DNA from: a virus
Strand: one strand, 5' to 3'
IMG/VR virus record: IMGVR_UViG_3300030102_005172
Coordinates: 32,001-96,000 of that record
Length of the DNA stretch: 64,000 bases
Below are positions 48,782-59,219 of this stretch, piece by piece. A program made the position numbers and the translations under genes. Within the stretch, counting starts at the first letter, position 1; each line of letters begins with the position of its first letter. The notes under the pieces are model-generated. The model worked only from the letters and a program-made list of their open reading frames with translations. It ran no database searches and was not told the DNA's origin.

Positions 48782-49621
48782 TTATTCATTACCACTCTTT
48801 TTGGTAATTTTAATACCTGAAAGTGATGGCGCTTCCGTAAATACTGCTTTTCCTTTTGATATTCTTCGTTTTGTATTATTGTTCAAACCAACAAATTCTG
48901 GCACAATATATGCTTTTGCTACCAATGATATTGTTGCTTTAGTAATCCTATCTTGACCCATCTCTGCGATAGTTTCAAAACTATAAGAATCACCTTTTAT
49001 TACAAACTTATATCTTTCACCGAAAGACCTTCCTTGAAAGAATACAATTTGTTCTACTACTTTATTAACCTGTTCCATGTAGTCACACCAAACTATTACT
49101 TCATATTGTAAATCAACATAATCTGGTCTTTCGACTGACATAAATTCTCTTTTAGGACTTTCACCTGTTAGAACTGAAAATTGGTCGTATCTATTTGTTT
49201 TAGTATACTTTCTTTCAAATGCTTGATGTGCGTCTTCGTTCTGTGCAACTTTTAATTTTGATAATTCTGTATTAATTGAAAGATTGTCTCTTTTGAAAAC
49301 TATAACGGGTGTAAGTATCATTCCGTTATCATCTTTCATAAAACCATCTCGTTGTGCACTTGCCCATTTTTCAGGTGAAGCATACATTACAGGTACAGGA
49401 AAAAATCTTCCATCATCCTCAACAGTTGGTCTTACATCTTTTTCTAAAAATGTTTTAAATGCAGAATCAACATCGTAAATACCAACACTAACATTTTTTA
49501 CATTGTCTTTATCTCTTCTAATTTGTTTTGCCTTGTTTAACTTAGGGTCAACAGATGTAGAGGATTGTGTTTGTATAATCTGAGGTTTACTTGTATCTGT
49601 ATTTCTGTATTTTATAGCCAT
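48782..49621 (-). CDS. Tail terminator / sheath stabiliser (gp15-like)
   Basis: VPVMYASPEKW, PDYVDLQYE; position in the neck operon. Confidence 0.65.
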   Translation of the reverse strand: MAIKYRNTDTSKPQIIQTQSSTSVDPKLNKAKQIRRDKDNVKNVSVGIYDVDSAFKTFLEKDVRPTVEDDGRFFPVPVMYASPEKWASAQRDGFMKDDNGMILTPVIVFKRDNLSINTELSKLKVAQNEDAHQAFERKYTKTNRYDQFSVLTGESPKREFMSVERPDYVDLQYEVIVWCDYMEQVNKVVEQIVFFQGRSFGERYKFVIKGDSYSFETIAEMGQDRITKATISLVAKAYIVPEFVGLNNNTKRRISKGKAVFTEAPSLSGIKITKKSGNE

Positions 49622-49622
49622 C

Positions 49623-50150
49623 TTATAGTCCTATTGGTACTTCATTATCATTTTGATTTGAATTACCAAATCTTGTTTCTACTAATTTAATACTTGATTG
49701 TCGTGTTACATGGGTATCACATATAATAGATACATTTAAACCTTGAGTTTCACCACCATCCCAATACTTAGGATTTTTACCTGCGAAATATTGATATGAA
49801 TATGCCGCATCAATCAAATGATATTCATTATTCCATTGTATAATGTCACCAACTTCAGGTACTAAATCAATACTTACTAATGAATCTCTTAAAAACTTAA
49901 ATTGAACTTCACGCTGATATGATTGACCAAATTCATCAGATATTTGTGAAGCTTGGTTTCTTTCTACTAAACATGGTACTTTAATTGGATTGTGAAATAC
50001 TTTATCTTTACCTTCACCATATAGGTTTGATTTTGTTTCCGTAATCGCTACCATATAGTAATAGATTTGTGTATCAATAATATCATTGATAAGTTCTTTG
50101 TTCAACTTATTGAACAAATCCATGTCTCTTTGCCCACCGAACAACGCCAT
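49623..50150 (-). CDS. Head closure / neck protein (gp14-like)
   Basis: NLYGE, PEVGDIIQW; follows the gp13-like gene. Confidence 0.65.
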   Translation of the reverse strand: MALFGGQRDMDLFNKLNKELINDIIDTQIYYYMVAITETKSNLYGEGKDKVFHNPIKVPCLVERNQASQISDEFGQSYQREVQFKFLRDSLVSIDLVPEVGDIIQWNNEYHLIDAAYSYQYFAGKNPKYWDGGETQGLNVSIICDTHVTRQSSIKLVETRFGNSNQNDNEVPIGL

Positions 50151-50153
50151 TTA

Positions 50154-51317
50154 TTATCCTATAAAAATTGGTCTTGGAACTCTGTTTAAAGTTTCCTCTA
50201 AAAATTCAGATTCTTCTTTTCGCGCTTCCATTAATGCTCTACGAGAAGTTGATTCTAACATTTCTTTCAATTCCGTTAATAAAGTTTCTTTTTCTGCAGA
50301 TGCCTCATTTCTTAAATCAGCACCATCAAGTGTTACATCCGCACCTGGTATAGGGATAGAACTAAACTTAGCTCTAATTGCACCTAACATTTCTTTTGCT
50401 AATGCCAATGCATATCTTGCAATCCATTGTTTTCCTGCACTATTAATATTTGTATATGTTAGTCTACCAAATGGTGCATTTGATAAATCACTCACAACAT
50501 TTGAATTTGCTATTGGTGATTTACTTTCACTTTCTAATGTATAATCAAAATATACTTTTGCACCTGCGTCTTTAGATTGTGGGAATGGATATAATCTAAT
50601 TCGTTTACCATCAACATGGAATCCATATGCAGACTTACGAATAAGGTCATTGAATTCAATAGCTTGTAATCTTAAAAGGTCATCAAACATAGGTTGCATC
50701 ATAAATGAGACACCAGGGGAATAATTACCCCATCCAAAAGTTTCTAACATTTGTTGAGAACCTAAACCTGTACCGATAAATGGGTCAAAGTATCTTATGA
50801 TTGCTGGTGGTTGTGTATGGAATACTCTTCTAAGTACAATTCCATCACTTACTGAACCACTTTCTAAACTTACAACACTTGCGTCACTCAAATCATAAAT
50901 TTGTTGATTTGCTACCATTGTAAAAGAACCTGTATATACTGTTACTCGTCCACCACTTAATCCTTCAGTACCATAATCTTTTGCTATACTAACCATACCA
51001 CTTAGGTTCGGTGCGATTTCAGTATCTTTTAAATCACCACCCAATGCAGAACCTTGTATGGATAACATATTTTCTTTTGCTCTATATTGATTAACTTGTG
51101 AAGAATATTCATTAGCTGCCTCTTCAAGACAAGTAAAAAAGTTTATATCTTGTAATTCGACATCTACGATTGGATATCCTAATCTCTTCGCACACCATTC
51201 TGCAACTTTCGGAGCGTCACTTTGAAATTGTGTATCACCATCAAAGTATCCGAAAGGAGTTGATGAACCACTTGTAAATGAACCTGAGCCAGGCCAAATT
51301 GGAATATTTACTGCCAT
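50154..51317 (-). CDS. Neck protein (gp13-like)
   Basis: RLGYPIVDVEL, WIARYALALAKEMLGAIRAKF, TLDGADL. Confidence 0.8.
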   Translation of the reverse strand: MAVNIPIWPGSGSFTSGSSTPFGYFDGDTQFQSDAPKVAEWCAKRLGYPIVDVELQDINFFTCLEEAANEYSSQVNQYRAKENMLSIQGSALGGDLKDTEIAPNLSGMVSIAKDYGTEGLSGGRVTVYTGSFTMVANQQIYDLSDASVVSLESGSVSDGIVLRRVFHTQPPAIIRYFDPFIGTGLGSQQMLETFGWGNYSPGVSFMMQPMFDDLLRLQAIEFNDLIRKSAYGFHVDGKRIRLYPFPQSKDAGAKVYFDYTLESESKSPIANSNVVSDLSNAPFGRLTYTNINSAGKQWIARYALALAKEMLGAIRAKFSSIPIPGADVTLDGADLRNEASAEKETLLTELKEMLESTSRRALMEARKEESEFLEETLNRVPRPIFIG

Positions 51318-51352
51318 TTAATTCTCCTCTATGTATATAAATATGGAAATAA

Positions 51353-53161
51353 TTAGCTTTCCCTATTTTCCATAAACGAAACTACAATATAACGAGTACC
51401 TTTTGTTGTAGCCCTTGCGCCGTGCTTATGTGTTATATTGCCAGGGTGTAATGTTGCGTAACCAATTGGACCTTTTACTAACTTCTTTTGTCTTCTAAAC
51501 CAAGTACCACCACCCTCGTACTCGTCTAAGTCTGATAATTGTATCAAACAAGTAATATCTGCTCTATCATGATGTATAGAAAGATGTCCTTGTGCATTTG
51601 GTTTATATTTAGCTAAAAAGTTTTCAGATTTCATATCATCCCAACCTTTACCTTCTAACGCCCATAAATATATGCTAAGTTGCATAACATACTCTTTCAT
51701 GACATCATTATATATTTCATCCATACCGATTGCGGTTAGTAACATATCTGTTGTTGGGTAGTTTTCATGTCTATCAACAGTCCATGAGTCTGAATATTCT
51801 GCCTCTTCTCTAATTTTTTTACAAAACTCTTCTGTAAATAGTGGGAATGTAAAACAACTATCAAAAGGTTCATCTACAATCAAATCCCATTCTTTTGTTC
51901 TAGCCGAGTATGTAATAAACTTCTTTGTCCATTCTTCTTTATTATCCCAATATGAATATAAATCATTATGTAATCTTTGTGAGTCTTGAGGTGGTCTAAA
52001 TCCCCTAGCCTCATCTGGTAATGTGTCTTGTATCATGTTTAACCAAGTTTTATATCTATTATCCCAATTTTGTTGTCTTGCAAATGTTTCTGCTTTGTTT
52101 AAATTTTCTTCTAATTTATCACCTTGTTCATTTGAAAAAGCATATGCCGCAACAAAAGTATATCTCATTAATCCTGCGTTTTTATTTTCAATGTCTTCAT
52201 CACTATCTTCTAAAAAAGGTGACTTTTGTTCTTGATTTTTTCCATGTGTAAATGAACTAATTAATGTACTTTTATTATTTAGTAATGTTTTTAAATTACC
52301 TGTATCTGTTGATAGTACTTTCACTCTACCCATCATCATTTCAAGAGCGGTTATACAATATGTTTCAGGATATTGTGATGGATAAATCCACCACTCAGAA
52401 GATTTAATTTGTCTAATCAAATCGGATGGATTTAAAGAACCTAAATAATGTACATCAAAATTTTTATCATAATTTGGAAAATCTCTTTTGATTCTATTCC
52501 ATTCGTCCCAATTGTCAGTATAAGGTGGGTTTGCAATCCATAATGTTAATTTAGGATTTATCTTTTTTAAATCATCCCATATTTGAAGTAAGTTCCATAA
52601 CCCTCTATCTGGTCCTGATGTATAAATTACTTTATCTTTAAATTTTTCTTGTGAAATATCATCAAAATCTTGTGGATTTATTGCATTACTTATGACTTTT
52701 ACTTTATCTGGATTTATATTATATTTTTTAACTAATTTACCTTTTTGCCATTCTGATACTGCAATTATATTTGTTAATTTAGAATGATTTAGATAGTCTA
52801 ATCCATTATTTGGTAAAACCTCACCATTGTAAAATGGATAAAATTCTAAATTATGTATCCAAAAGTACGATTTGTCAAATGTAATATTTTTTTCTTCAAG
52901 GTGTTTAAAATAGTGTATATAATTTGATGCAATTACTACATCAAAGTGTTGATTATTTGGAAGATTTCTATAATCAAGATATTTTACATTATTATATGTT
53001 TCTTGTTTAACTTGTCCTGTAACATAAACATCATGACCATCACGACCAAACTTATCTGCTAAATTAATAACACAATACTCAGAACCACCTGTACCATTTT
53101 CTTTCCAATCAGTATAACTAAGTGGTTTGTTTTGATATCCTACTGTAAATAAAACTTTCAT
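51353..53161 (-). CDS. Fusion: GT4 glycosyltransferase + PLOD-type lysyl hydroxylase (2OG-Fe(II)) domain
   Basis: N-terminal GGSE, YTSGPDRGL, ETYCITALE. C-terminal LHNDLY..W, FPLFTEEFC, ENYPTTD, NFLAKY.P..Q..L..HHD, YEGGGTWF, LHPGNITHKH, GTRYIVVSF. Confidence 0.85.
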   Translation of the reverse strand: MKVLFTVGYQNKPLSYTDWKENGTGGSEYCVINLADKFGRDGHDVYVTGQVKQETYNNVKYLDYRNLPNNQHFDVVIASNYIHYFKHLEEKNITFDKSYFWIHNLEFYPFYNGEVLPNNGLDYLNHSKLTNIIAVSEWQKGKLVKKYNINPDKVKVISNAINPQDFDDISQEKFKDKVIYTSGPDRGLWNLLQIWDDLKKINPKLTLWIANPPYTDNWDEWNRIKRDFPNYDKNFDVHYLGSLNPSDLIRQIKSSEWWIYPSQYPETYCITALEMMMGRVKVLSTDTGNLKTLLNNKSTLISSFTHGKNQEQKSPFLEDSDEDIENKNAGLMRYTFVAAYAFSNEQGDKLEENLNKAETFARQQNWDNRYKTWLNMIQDTLPDEARGFRPPQDSQRLHNDLYSYWDNKEEWTKKFITYSARTKEWDLIVDEPFDSCFTFPLFTEEFCKKIREEAEYSDSWTVDRHENYPTTDMLLTAIGMDEIYNDVMKEYVMQLSIYLWALEGKGWDDMKSENFLAKYKPNAQGHLSIHHDRADITCLIQLSDLDEYEGGGTWFRRQKKLVKGPIGYATLHPGNITHKHGARATTKGTRYIVVSFMENRES

Positions 53162-53162
53162 A

Positions 53163-54449
53163 TTATTCTACTATATAATTAACAGATTCTTCATTTTCAT
53201 AATATCGATTGTCATCCCTATAACCAATTTCTTTTATAGAATGTCCTGCCTCATCATCCCACATCCAATCTTCTTTTCCAAGTTCTTCAAATCTTTCTTT
53301 GATTTGAAAATCATAATAATCTCTAATCAACCTTGCTCTTCGATTAATATCTATTCTATTGTTATCAACAGTAGAATCACCATTATTATATTGTACATAT
53401 AGCATTTTTTTCAGATGTATAAATTTAGTTTCTAAAAATGTTTTAATAATTAATTCAAAATCATCTGCTACTGATATGTTTCTACTATGTCCTCTTATTT
53501 TATGATAAGTATCTCTATGCCAAACTCTACAATGATTAGGCATTCCTATATTATATCTAATAGTTTTTGGATTTATTTCTGGATAATGATGAACTAACCA
53601 ATCTCTATTATCAATGTTTTTCCAAGTGTGACCTGCGTATCCCCACACAAATCCATTATCAGGATGATGATACCAATCATCACCGATGTGACCATAAATT
53701 CTTGGTGAATCATCTTTTTCTATTTCTGTTACATCCGTATAAATAAATCCAGCGTCTTTATGTTTTCTACTTGCATTTAGTACATCCTCTAAACAAGTTG
53801 ATATTAACCAATCATCATGGTCTAACTCAAATAACCACTCACCATCACATAACATAGCCGCTCTGTGTTTTGCTTCACCCACATTTCCACCTGATATTGG
53901 GAGTATTCTATGTGGTTTTACTCTATAATCTAACTTTGCTATATGATTTAACATTTCCCAAGTTAAATTATGGTCTTCAGGTGAATCATCTACAACTACC
54001 CATTCCCAATTTTGATATGTTTGTTCAACTAAAGATTTGTATGTTCTAAAAATTCTTTTTTCTGTTTTATATGTTGGTGTAAATACTGATAATAATGGAG
54101 TTTCTTCATTACTATAAATTTCATTTGTTGAACAAGCCCAAAATGTTGAATTACAAACTATATCATTTGCAATAATGTTGTCACTTAGTATTTCTTCACT
54201 ACCAATTATTTTTGATTCAACTATTAGATTATCTATTTCTTCTAATTCAATAGGTAACTTACCAAAATGAAAAATAACATCTGGTTTATGTTTAGATAAA
54301 TGTAGTTTAAAGTTTTTACTTGAAGGATATGAGTGTACTACTACTTTTTCATACAAACCTTCTTGAAAATAGACATCTGATGTAAGTTCATATCTTCCAA
54401 ATCTATTCCAACCATAAACTAAAGCCGTTGGTAAAGTTGTTTTTTGCAT
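53163..54449 (-). CDS. Glycosyltransferase family 2 with extra N-terminal domain
   Basis: LSVFTPTY, EWVVVDDS, ELDHDD, ADDFEL. Confidence 0.85.
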   Translation of the reverse strand: MQKTTLPTALVYGWNRFGRYELTSDVYFQEGLYEKVVVHSYPSSKNFKLHLSKHKPDVIFHFGKLPIELEEIDNLIVESKIIGSEEILSDNIIANDIVCNSTFWACSTNEIYSNEETPLLSVFTPTYKTEKRIFRTYKSLVEQTYQNWEWVVVDDSPEDHNLTWEMLNHIAKLDYRVKPHRILPISGGNVGEAKHRAAMLCDGEWLFELDHDDWLISTCLEDVLNASRKHKDAGFIYTDVTEIEKDDSPRIYGHIGDDWYHHPDNGFVWGYAGHTWKNIDNRDWLVHHYPEINPKTIRYNIGMPNHCRVWHRDTYHKIRGHSRNISVADDFELIIKTFLETKFIHLKKMLYVQYNNGDSTVDNNRIDINRRARLIRDYYDFQIKERFEELGKEDWMWDDEAGHSIKEIGYRDDNRYYENEESVNYIVE

Positions 54450-54452
54450 ATC

Positions 54453-55055
54453 CTATCTGTATGGTTCACCACCTACCCATAATACAAAAGATTTTCTTAC
54501 ACCTTTTGTTACAGGAGTTATTCTATGTAAATAAAATGATGGAAATATTACTGCAGCACCTTGTACTCTTGGTGCAACAAGTTTTTTACCAATATTAAAC
54601 TCTAAATCACCACCTTCGTATTCATCTGAATCTGAAAGTTGTACAGTTACTGATATTTTTCTTTGATTTTGTATTTCAATTCCACAATCCATGTGCCATT
54701 CATATCCACCTTCTTGTGTTCCATAGTATTCTGTATATTGAATTTGTTCATTCATGGTAGATAAATCAAACTTCCACATTTTATTATTTGATTCTGCAAT
54801 CATATCGTGAAGTTTTTTGTATACCCATCCCCATTCTTGATTTTGAGGACACCACTTTATTCTTGATTTTCTATAATCTGATTTTTTTGATTGTTGACCT
54901 TCGCCTGTTACTGCGTCTTGAAACTCAATTTGTTTGGTCATACCTTCTATGGTTTGTAACTCTTGTAGAGTAAATCCATCTTTAAACCAATAATAATCGT
55001 TGAAATTAACATCCCATCTATAAGGGTTTCTATCGAATCCAAAATTTGTTCTCAT
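54453..55055 (-). CDS. 2OG-Fe(II) oxygenase (PKHD/prolyl-hydroxylase-like)
   Basis: YEWHMD, RKISVTVQLSD..EYEGGDL, FPSF..HRITPVTKGVRKS. Confidence 0.88.
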   Translation of the reverse strand: MRTNFGFDRNPYRWDVNFNDYYWFKDGFTLQELQTIEGMTKQIEFQDAVTGEGQQSKKSDYRKSRIKWCPQNQEWGWVYKKLHDMIAESNNKMWKFDLSTMNEQIQYTEYYGTQEGGYEWHMDCGIEIQNQRKISVTVQLSDSDEYEGGDLEFNIGKKLVAPRVQGAAVIFPSFYLHRITPVTKGVRKSFVLWVGGEPYR

Positions 55056-55096
55056 AACTTTTTATTTGATGTTTGTATATAAATATTAAAATAATT

Positions 55097-58000
55097 TTAG
55101 TAAAAGCTACCACTATGTACAGACCTTACTATGTAAACATCATCACCCTCAGACCAACCTTCAGGTTTAAATGTTAGTACACCACCAGTAACTTCAAAGT
55201 ATCCATCGCCAGGTATTTGAGAACCTTGAGCACCTGCTCCACCACCCGTTCCTACTGTTCCTGTTGGTCCTTGAGCACCTTGAGCACCTTGATTACCTTT
55301 AGCACCTACTGCGCCAGTATTTCCTTTATTACCTTTAGAACCTTTAGTACCTACTGCGCCTGTATTACCTTTTTTACCTTTGTTACCTGCGTCACCTGTT
55401 TCGCCTGTACGACCTAAGTTACCTTTACTACCTTTAGCACCTGCATTACCTTGTGGACCTGTATTACCCTTTTGACCTTTTGAACCTTGAGCACCTTCAT
55501 CACCAGATGCGCCTGTATTACCTTTTATACCTGTAAGACCTGTATTACCTTTTTGACCTTTAGCACCTGCGTCGCCTGTTTCACCCGTTGCACCTGTTGA
55601 ACCTTGTCGACCCTCTCCACCTGTTGAACCTTTAGCACCTGCGTTACCTTGTACTCCTTTATGTCCCTTGTTTCCTTTTGAACCTTGAGCACCCTCATCA
55701 CCTGATGCGCCTGTTGAACCTCTATTACCTTTGTTACCAGTTGCACCTTGAGAACCTACTGCACCTGCGTTACCTTGTGCTCCTCTATTTCCCTTGTTAC
55801 CCGTTGCACCTTTATTACCTTTTGCACCTGCCGCGCCTGTATTACCTTTTACACCAGTTGCACCTTGAAGTCCTTGAGCACCTTCATTACCTGATGCGCC
55901 TGTTGAACCTATATTACCTTTGTTACCAGTTGCACCTTGAGCACCTTGGTTTCCACTTGCACCTTGAGCACCTCGATTACCCTTTGCACCTTGATTTCCT
56001 TGAGAACCTTGATTTCCTGCCGCGCCTGTATTACCTTTTACACCAGTTGCACCTTGAGCACCTTGAGCACCTTCATCACCTGAAGCACCTTGTACTCCTT
56101 TATGTCCCTTTTGACCTTTTGAACCTTGAGCACCTTGATTACCTTTAGCACCTGCTGCACCTTGAGAACCTACTGCACCTTGAACTCCGGCATTACCTTG
56201 AGAACCTTGATTACCTGCAGCGCCTGTATTACCTTTTACACCCGTTGCACCTGGTTCACCTTTTTTACCTTTTTGACCCACAGAACCTTGAGCACCTTGA
56301 GCACCTTGGTTTCCTTTTGCACCTTGAGCACCTTGATTACCTTTAGCACCTGCAGCACCTTGAGAACCTACTGCACCTTGAACTCCGTCATTACCTTGAG
56401 AACCTTGATTTCCTGCTGCGCCTGGGTTTCCTATTTTACCATCACGACCTAAATTACCTTTTTGACCTTTGTTACCACTTGCACCTTGAGCACCTTGAGC
56501 ACCTCGGTTTCCTTTTGCACCTTGATTACCTTTAGCACCTTTAGCACCTGCCGCACCTTGAGCACCTTCAGCACCTTGAACTCCGTCATTACCTTGAGAA
56601 CCTTGATTACCTGCTGCGCCGGTATTTCCTTTATGACCATTACGACCTAAATTACCTTTTTGACCTTTATTACCTGCAGCGCCTGTATTACCTTTTGCAC
56701 CTTGATTACCTTGAGAACCTTGATTACCTGCAGCGCCTGTATTTCCTTTTACACCAGTTGCACCTTGAGCTCCCCTAGCACCTTCATCTACTAAACCACC
56801 TACTGCACCTTGAGCACCTTGAGCACCTGCAGCACCTTGTTCACCAGTAAAATCTTCCTCTAATATTTGTTCAGGGTCCATGTCAGAACCTTTTTGTCCC
56901 TTAGAACCTTGATTACCTTGATTACCTTTAACACCAGTTGCACCTTGAGGGCCTGTTGCACCTTGAGGGCCTGTATTTCCTTTTGCACCTTGTAGACCTG
57001 TTGCACCACCTTCACCTTTTGGACCTGCCGTACCTCTATTCCCTTTATCACCTGTTGCGCCTGTATTTCCTTTTGCACCTTGTCTACCTGTGTTTCCACT
57101 ATTCCCAACTGCACCTTGAGCACCTTGTGCACCTGTTTCACCATCAAAGTCTGGCTCTAATATTCCTTCGGGGTCCATCTCAGAACCTTTTTGTCCCTTT
57201 TGACCTGTTGCACCTTGATTACCTTTAACACCAGTTGCACCTTGAGGGCCTGTTGCACCTTGAGGGCCAGTTGCACCTTTTAAACCTTGTGGACCTTGAG
57301 CACCACCTTCACCTTTTGGAGCTCCAGCGCCAGTATTACCTTTTGCACCTGTTCTACCCGTTGCACCTGTCGAACCTTTAGCACCTGCGGCGCCCCTATT
57401 TCCTTTTGAACCTGTACGACCTAAGTTACCTTTAGCACCAAAATCACCCCCACTACCTTTATTTCCTTTTACACCTGTTGCACCTTGAGCACCTTGAGCG
57501 CCTGTTTCAGCCGCTGCACCTTGTCTACCTGTATTTCCTTTTACACCTTGTGGACCTTGAGCACCTTGGTTTCCACTTGCACCTTTATTTCCTTTATGGC
57601 CTGTTGCACCTGCTGCACCTTGAGCACCTTGATTACCTACTCGGCCTGTATTTCCTTTTGCACCTTGTCTACCTGTGTTTCCACTTGGAGCGTCTACACC
57701 TGCCGCACCCGGCACACCAGTATTTCCTTTATGGCCTGTTGCACCCATTGAACCTTTTTGACCTGCGGCGCCAGTATTTCCTTTATGGCCTGTTGCACCC
57801 GTTGAACCTTTTTGACCTGCAATACCTGTATTTCCTTTTACACCTGTTGCGCCTGTATTTCCTTTTGCACCTTTATTACCTGCAGCGCCTGTATTACCTT
57901 TTGCACCCGTTCTACCTTGATTACCCGTTGAACCTTTTTGACCTACTGCGCCGGTATTTCCTTTTGCACCTGTTCTACCCGTTGCGCCTGTTGAACCCTT

Positions 58001-59200
58001 TGCACCTGCTGCGCCTGTATTTCCTTTTGCACCTGTTCTACCTAAATTTCCTGTTGGTGGGTCTGCACCTGCCGAACCTGGCCTACCTACTCGGCCTGTA
58101 TTTCCTTTTGAACCTGTTGCACCTTGAGGGCCTGTTGCGCCTGTTGGGGCGTCTGAACCTGCCGCTCCTTGAGCACCTTGAGCACCATTTAGGGCCACAT
58201 CAGCTGAAGCTCCTTGAGCACCAGCAGACCCAACTTTTCCTTGAGAACCTGCTGCACCTTGAGCACCTTGAGCACCTGTTGGTCCAAGTTGTCCAGCTGG
58301 TGCCAGATGTTCCTCTCCTTTTTGACCTTTTGAACCTTTAGGACCTGTTGAAGAGTCTGAATCGGTACAAGAACTACAATTTGAGAACCAATCGAAATTA
58401 TCTACAGTTAAACATAATGCAGTACCATCTGGAAAACTAGCGTTTGTACCACTAAAGTTGTAACAAATATTACTGATTTTTGCTACATTGTTTGGTCTTG
58501 TATCATCAAATGCAAAACTTGCTGGTCCATATCCACTACATCTTGGTACATTATTATACTGAACTGAACATCCCTCATCACCATTAAAAAAGTTGTGTAC
58601 TACGAATCTATTTACCATGAATAGGTCAGATTCTTCTACATCTAAACTTCTAACATCAAAATATCCATATATAGGTTCATCTTCATTTACTTCTTGTACA
58701 CCATCTATAATTGGTACATATTCGAATGTAGAATTATCTTCTTTTAGTCTTACTAAGTAATGATTGTCATAATCACTTGCATTTCCCCACTCAAGACCAT
58801 CTAATTGTTCAAAGAAAACATTCCATCCGCTTTGAAAAGATGATGTAGTTTCAGTTTCTTCGTCCCAACTAAATGCTCTATTTTTTTGAGCAACCATGAT
58901 GTATTCATCTTCATCGAGAGTTAGTGAACCTGATGGTGTTTCTAATGTGTATAGTGATTTCCAAAGTCTTGTACCTATTGGTCCTACATCTTTGATAACC
59001 TCATTTTCATTTAATTGAAGATATGAAAAATCATCGTAACTACCTGTCCAATTTATTGGAATGTCATTATTATTTGTATATGGGTTACCAACAATACTAA
59101 CACCTACAATAGAAGAACCTGTTTGAAGTGTACCTATTGCGGCAGTATTACCTGATAGATTTAGTAAAGTATGTTGAGATTTTAAGAAACCACCAATCAT
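55097..59200 (-). CDS. Hint-domain + Cys-rich + collagen-like fibre protein (Lys-rich)
   Basis: [18 protein letters not shown] at aa 186-203; six-Cys segment; Gly-X-Y from about aa 286 over more than 1000 aa; short C-terminal beta domain. Confidence 0.85.
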   Translation of the reverse strand: MIGGFLKSQHTLLNLSGNTAAIGTLQTGSSIVGVSIVGNPYTNNNDIPINWTGSYDDFSYLQLNENEVIKDVGPIGTRLWKSLYTLETPSGSLTLDEDEYIMVAQKNRAFSWDEETETTSSFQSGWNVFFEQLDGLEWGNASDYDNHYLVRLKEDNSTFEYVPIIDGVQEVNEDEPIYGYFDVRSLDVEESDLFMVNRFVVHNFFNGDEGCSVQYNNVPRCSGYGPASFAFDDTRPNNVAKISNICYNFSGTNASFPDGTALCLTVDNFDWFSNCSSCTDSDSSTGPKGSKGQKGEEHLAPAGQLGPTGAQGAQGAAGSQGKVGSAGAQGASADVALNGAQGAQGAAGSDAPTGATGPQGATGSKGNTGRVGRPGSAGADPPTGNLGRTGAKGNTGAAGAKGSTGATGRTGAKGNTGAVGQKGSTGNQGRTGAKGNTGAAGNKGAKGNTGATGVKGNTGIAGQKGSTGATGHKGNTGAAGQKGSMGATGHKGNTGVPGAAGVDAPSGNTGRQGAKGNTGRVGNQGAQGAAGATGHKGNKGASGNQGAQGPQGVKGNTGRQGAAAETGAQGAQGATGVKGNKGSGGDFGAKGNLGRTGSKGNRGAAGAKGSTGATGRTGAKGNTGAGAPKGEGGAQGPQGLKGATGPQGATGPQGATGVKGNQGATGQKGQKGSEMDPEGILEPDFDGETGAQGAQGAVGNSGNTGRQGAKGNTGATGDKGNRGTAGPKGEGGATGLQGAKGNTGPQGATGPQGATGVKGNQGNQGSKGQKGSDMDPEQILEEDFTGEQGAAGAQGAQGAVGGLVDEGARGAQGATGVKGNTGAAGNQGSQGNQGAKGNTGAAGNKGQKGNLGRNGHKGNTGAAGNQGSQGNDGVQGAEGAQGAAGAKGAKGNQGAKGNRGAQGAQGASGNKGQKGNLGRDGKIGNPGAAGNQGSQGNDGVQGAVGSQGAAGAKGNQGAQGAKGNQGAQGAQGSVGQKGKKGEPGATGVKGNTGAAGNQGSQGNAGVQGAVGSQGAAGAKGNQGAQGSKGQKGHKGVQGASGDEGAQGAQGATGVKGNTGAAGNQGSQGNQGAKGNRGAQGASGNQGAQGATGNKGNIGSTGASGNEGAQGLQGATGVKGNTGAAGAKGNKGATGNKGNRGAQGNAGAVGSQGATGNKGNRGSTGASGDEGAQGSKGNKGHKGVQGNAGAKGSTGGEGRQGSTGATGETGDAGAKGQKGNTGLTGIKGNTGASGDEGAQGSKGQKGNTGPQGNAGAKGSKGNLGRTGETGDAGNKGKKGNTGAVGTKGSKGNKGNTGAVGAKGNQGAQGAQGPTGTVGTGGGAGAQGSQIPGDGYFEVTGGVLTFKPEGWSEGDDVYIVRSVHSGSFY
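55217..58345 (-). repeat. Collagen Gly-X-Y coding repeat
   Basis: 9-nt periodic acc-nnn-nnn pattern on the plus strand. Confidence 0.9.
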
Positions 59201-59219
59201 TGTAACCTTTTATTTTATT

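Noticed and set aside
164-54973. Numerous short plus-strand ORFs in the ORF track
   Set aside because: All are antisense to well-supported minus-strand genes and have no recognisable motifs.
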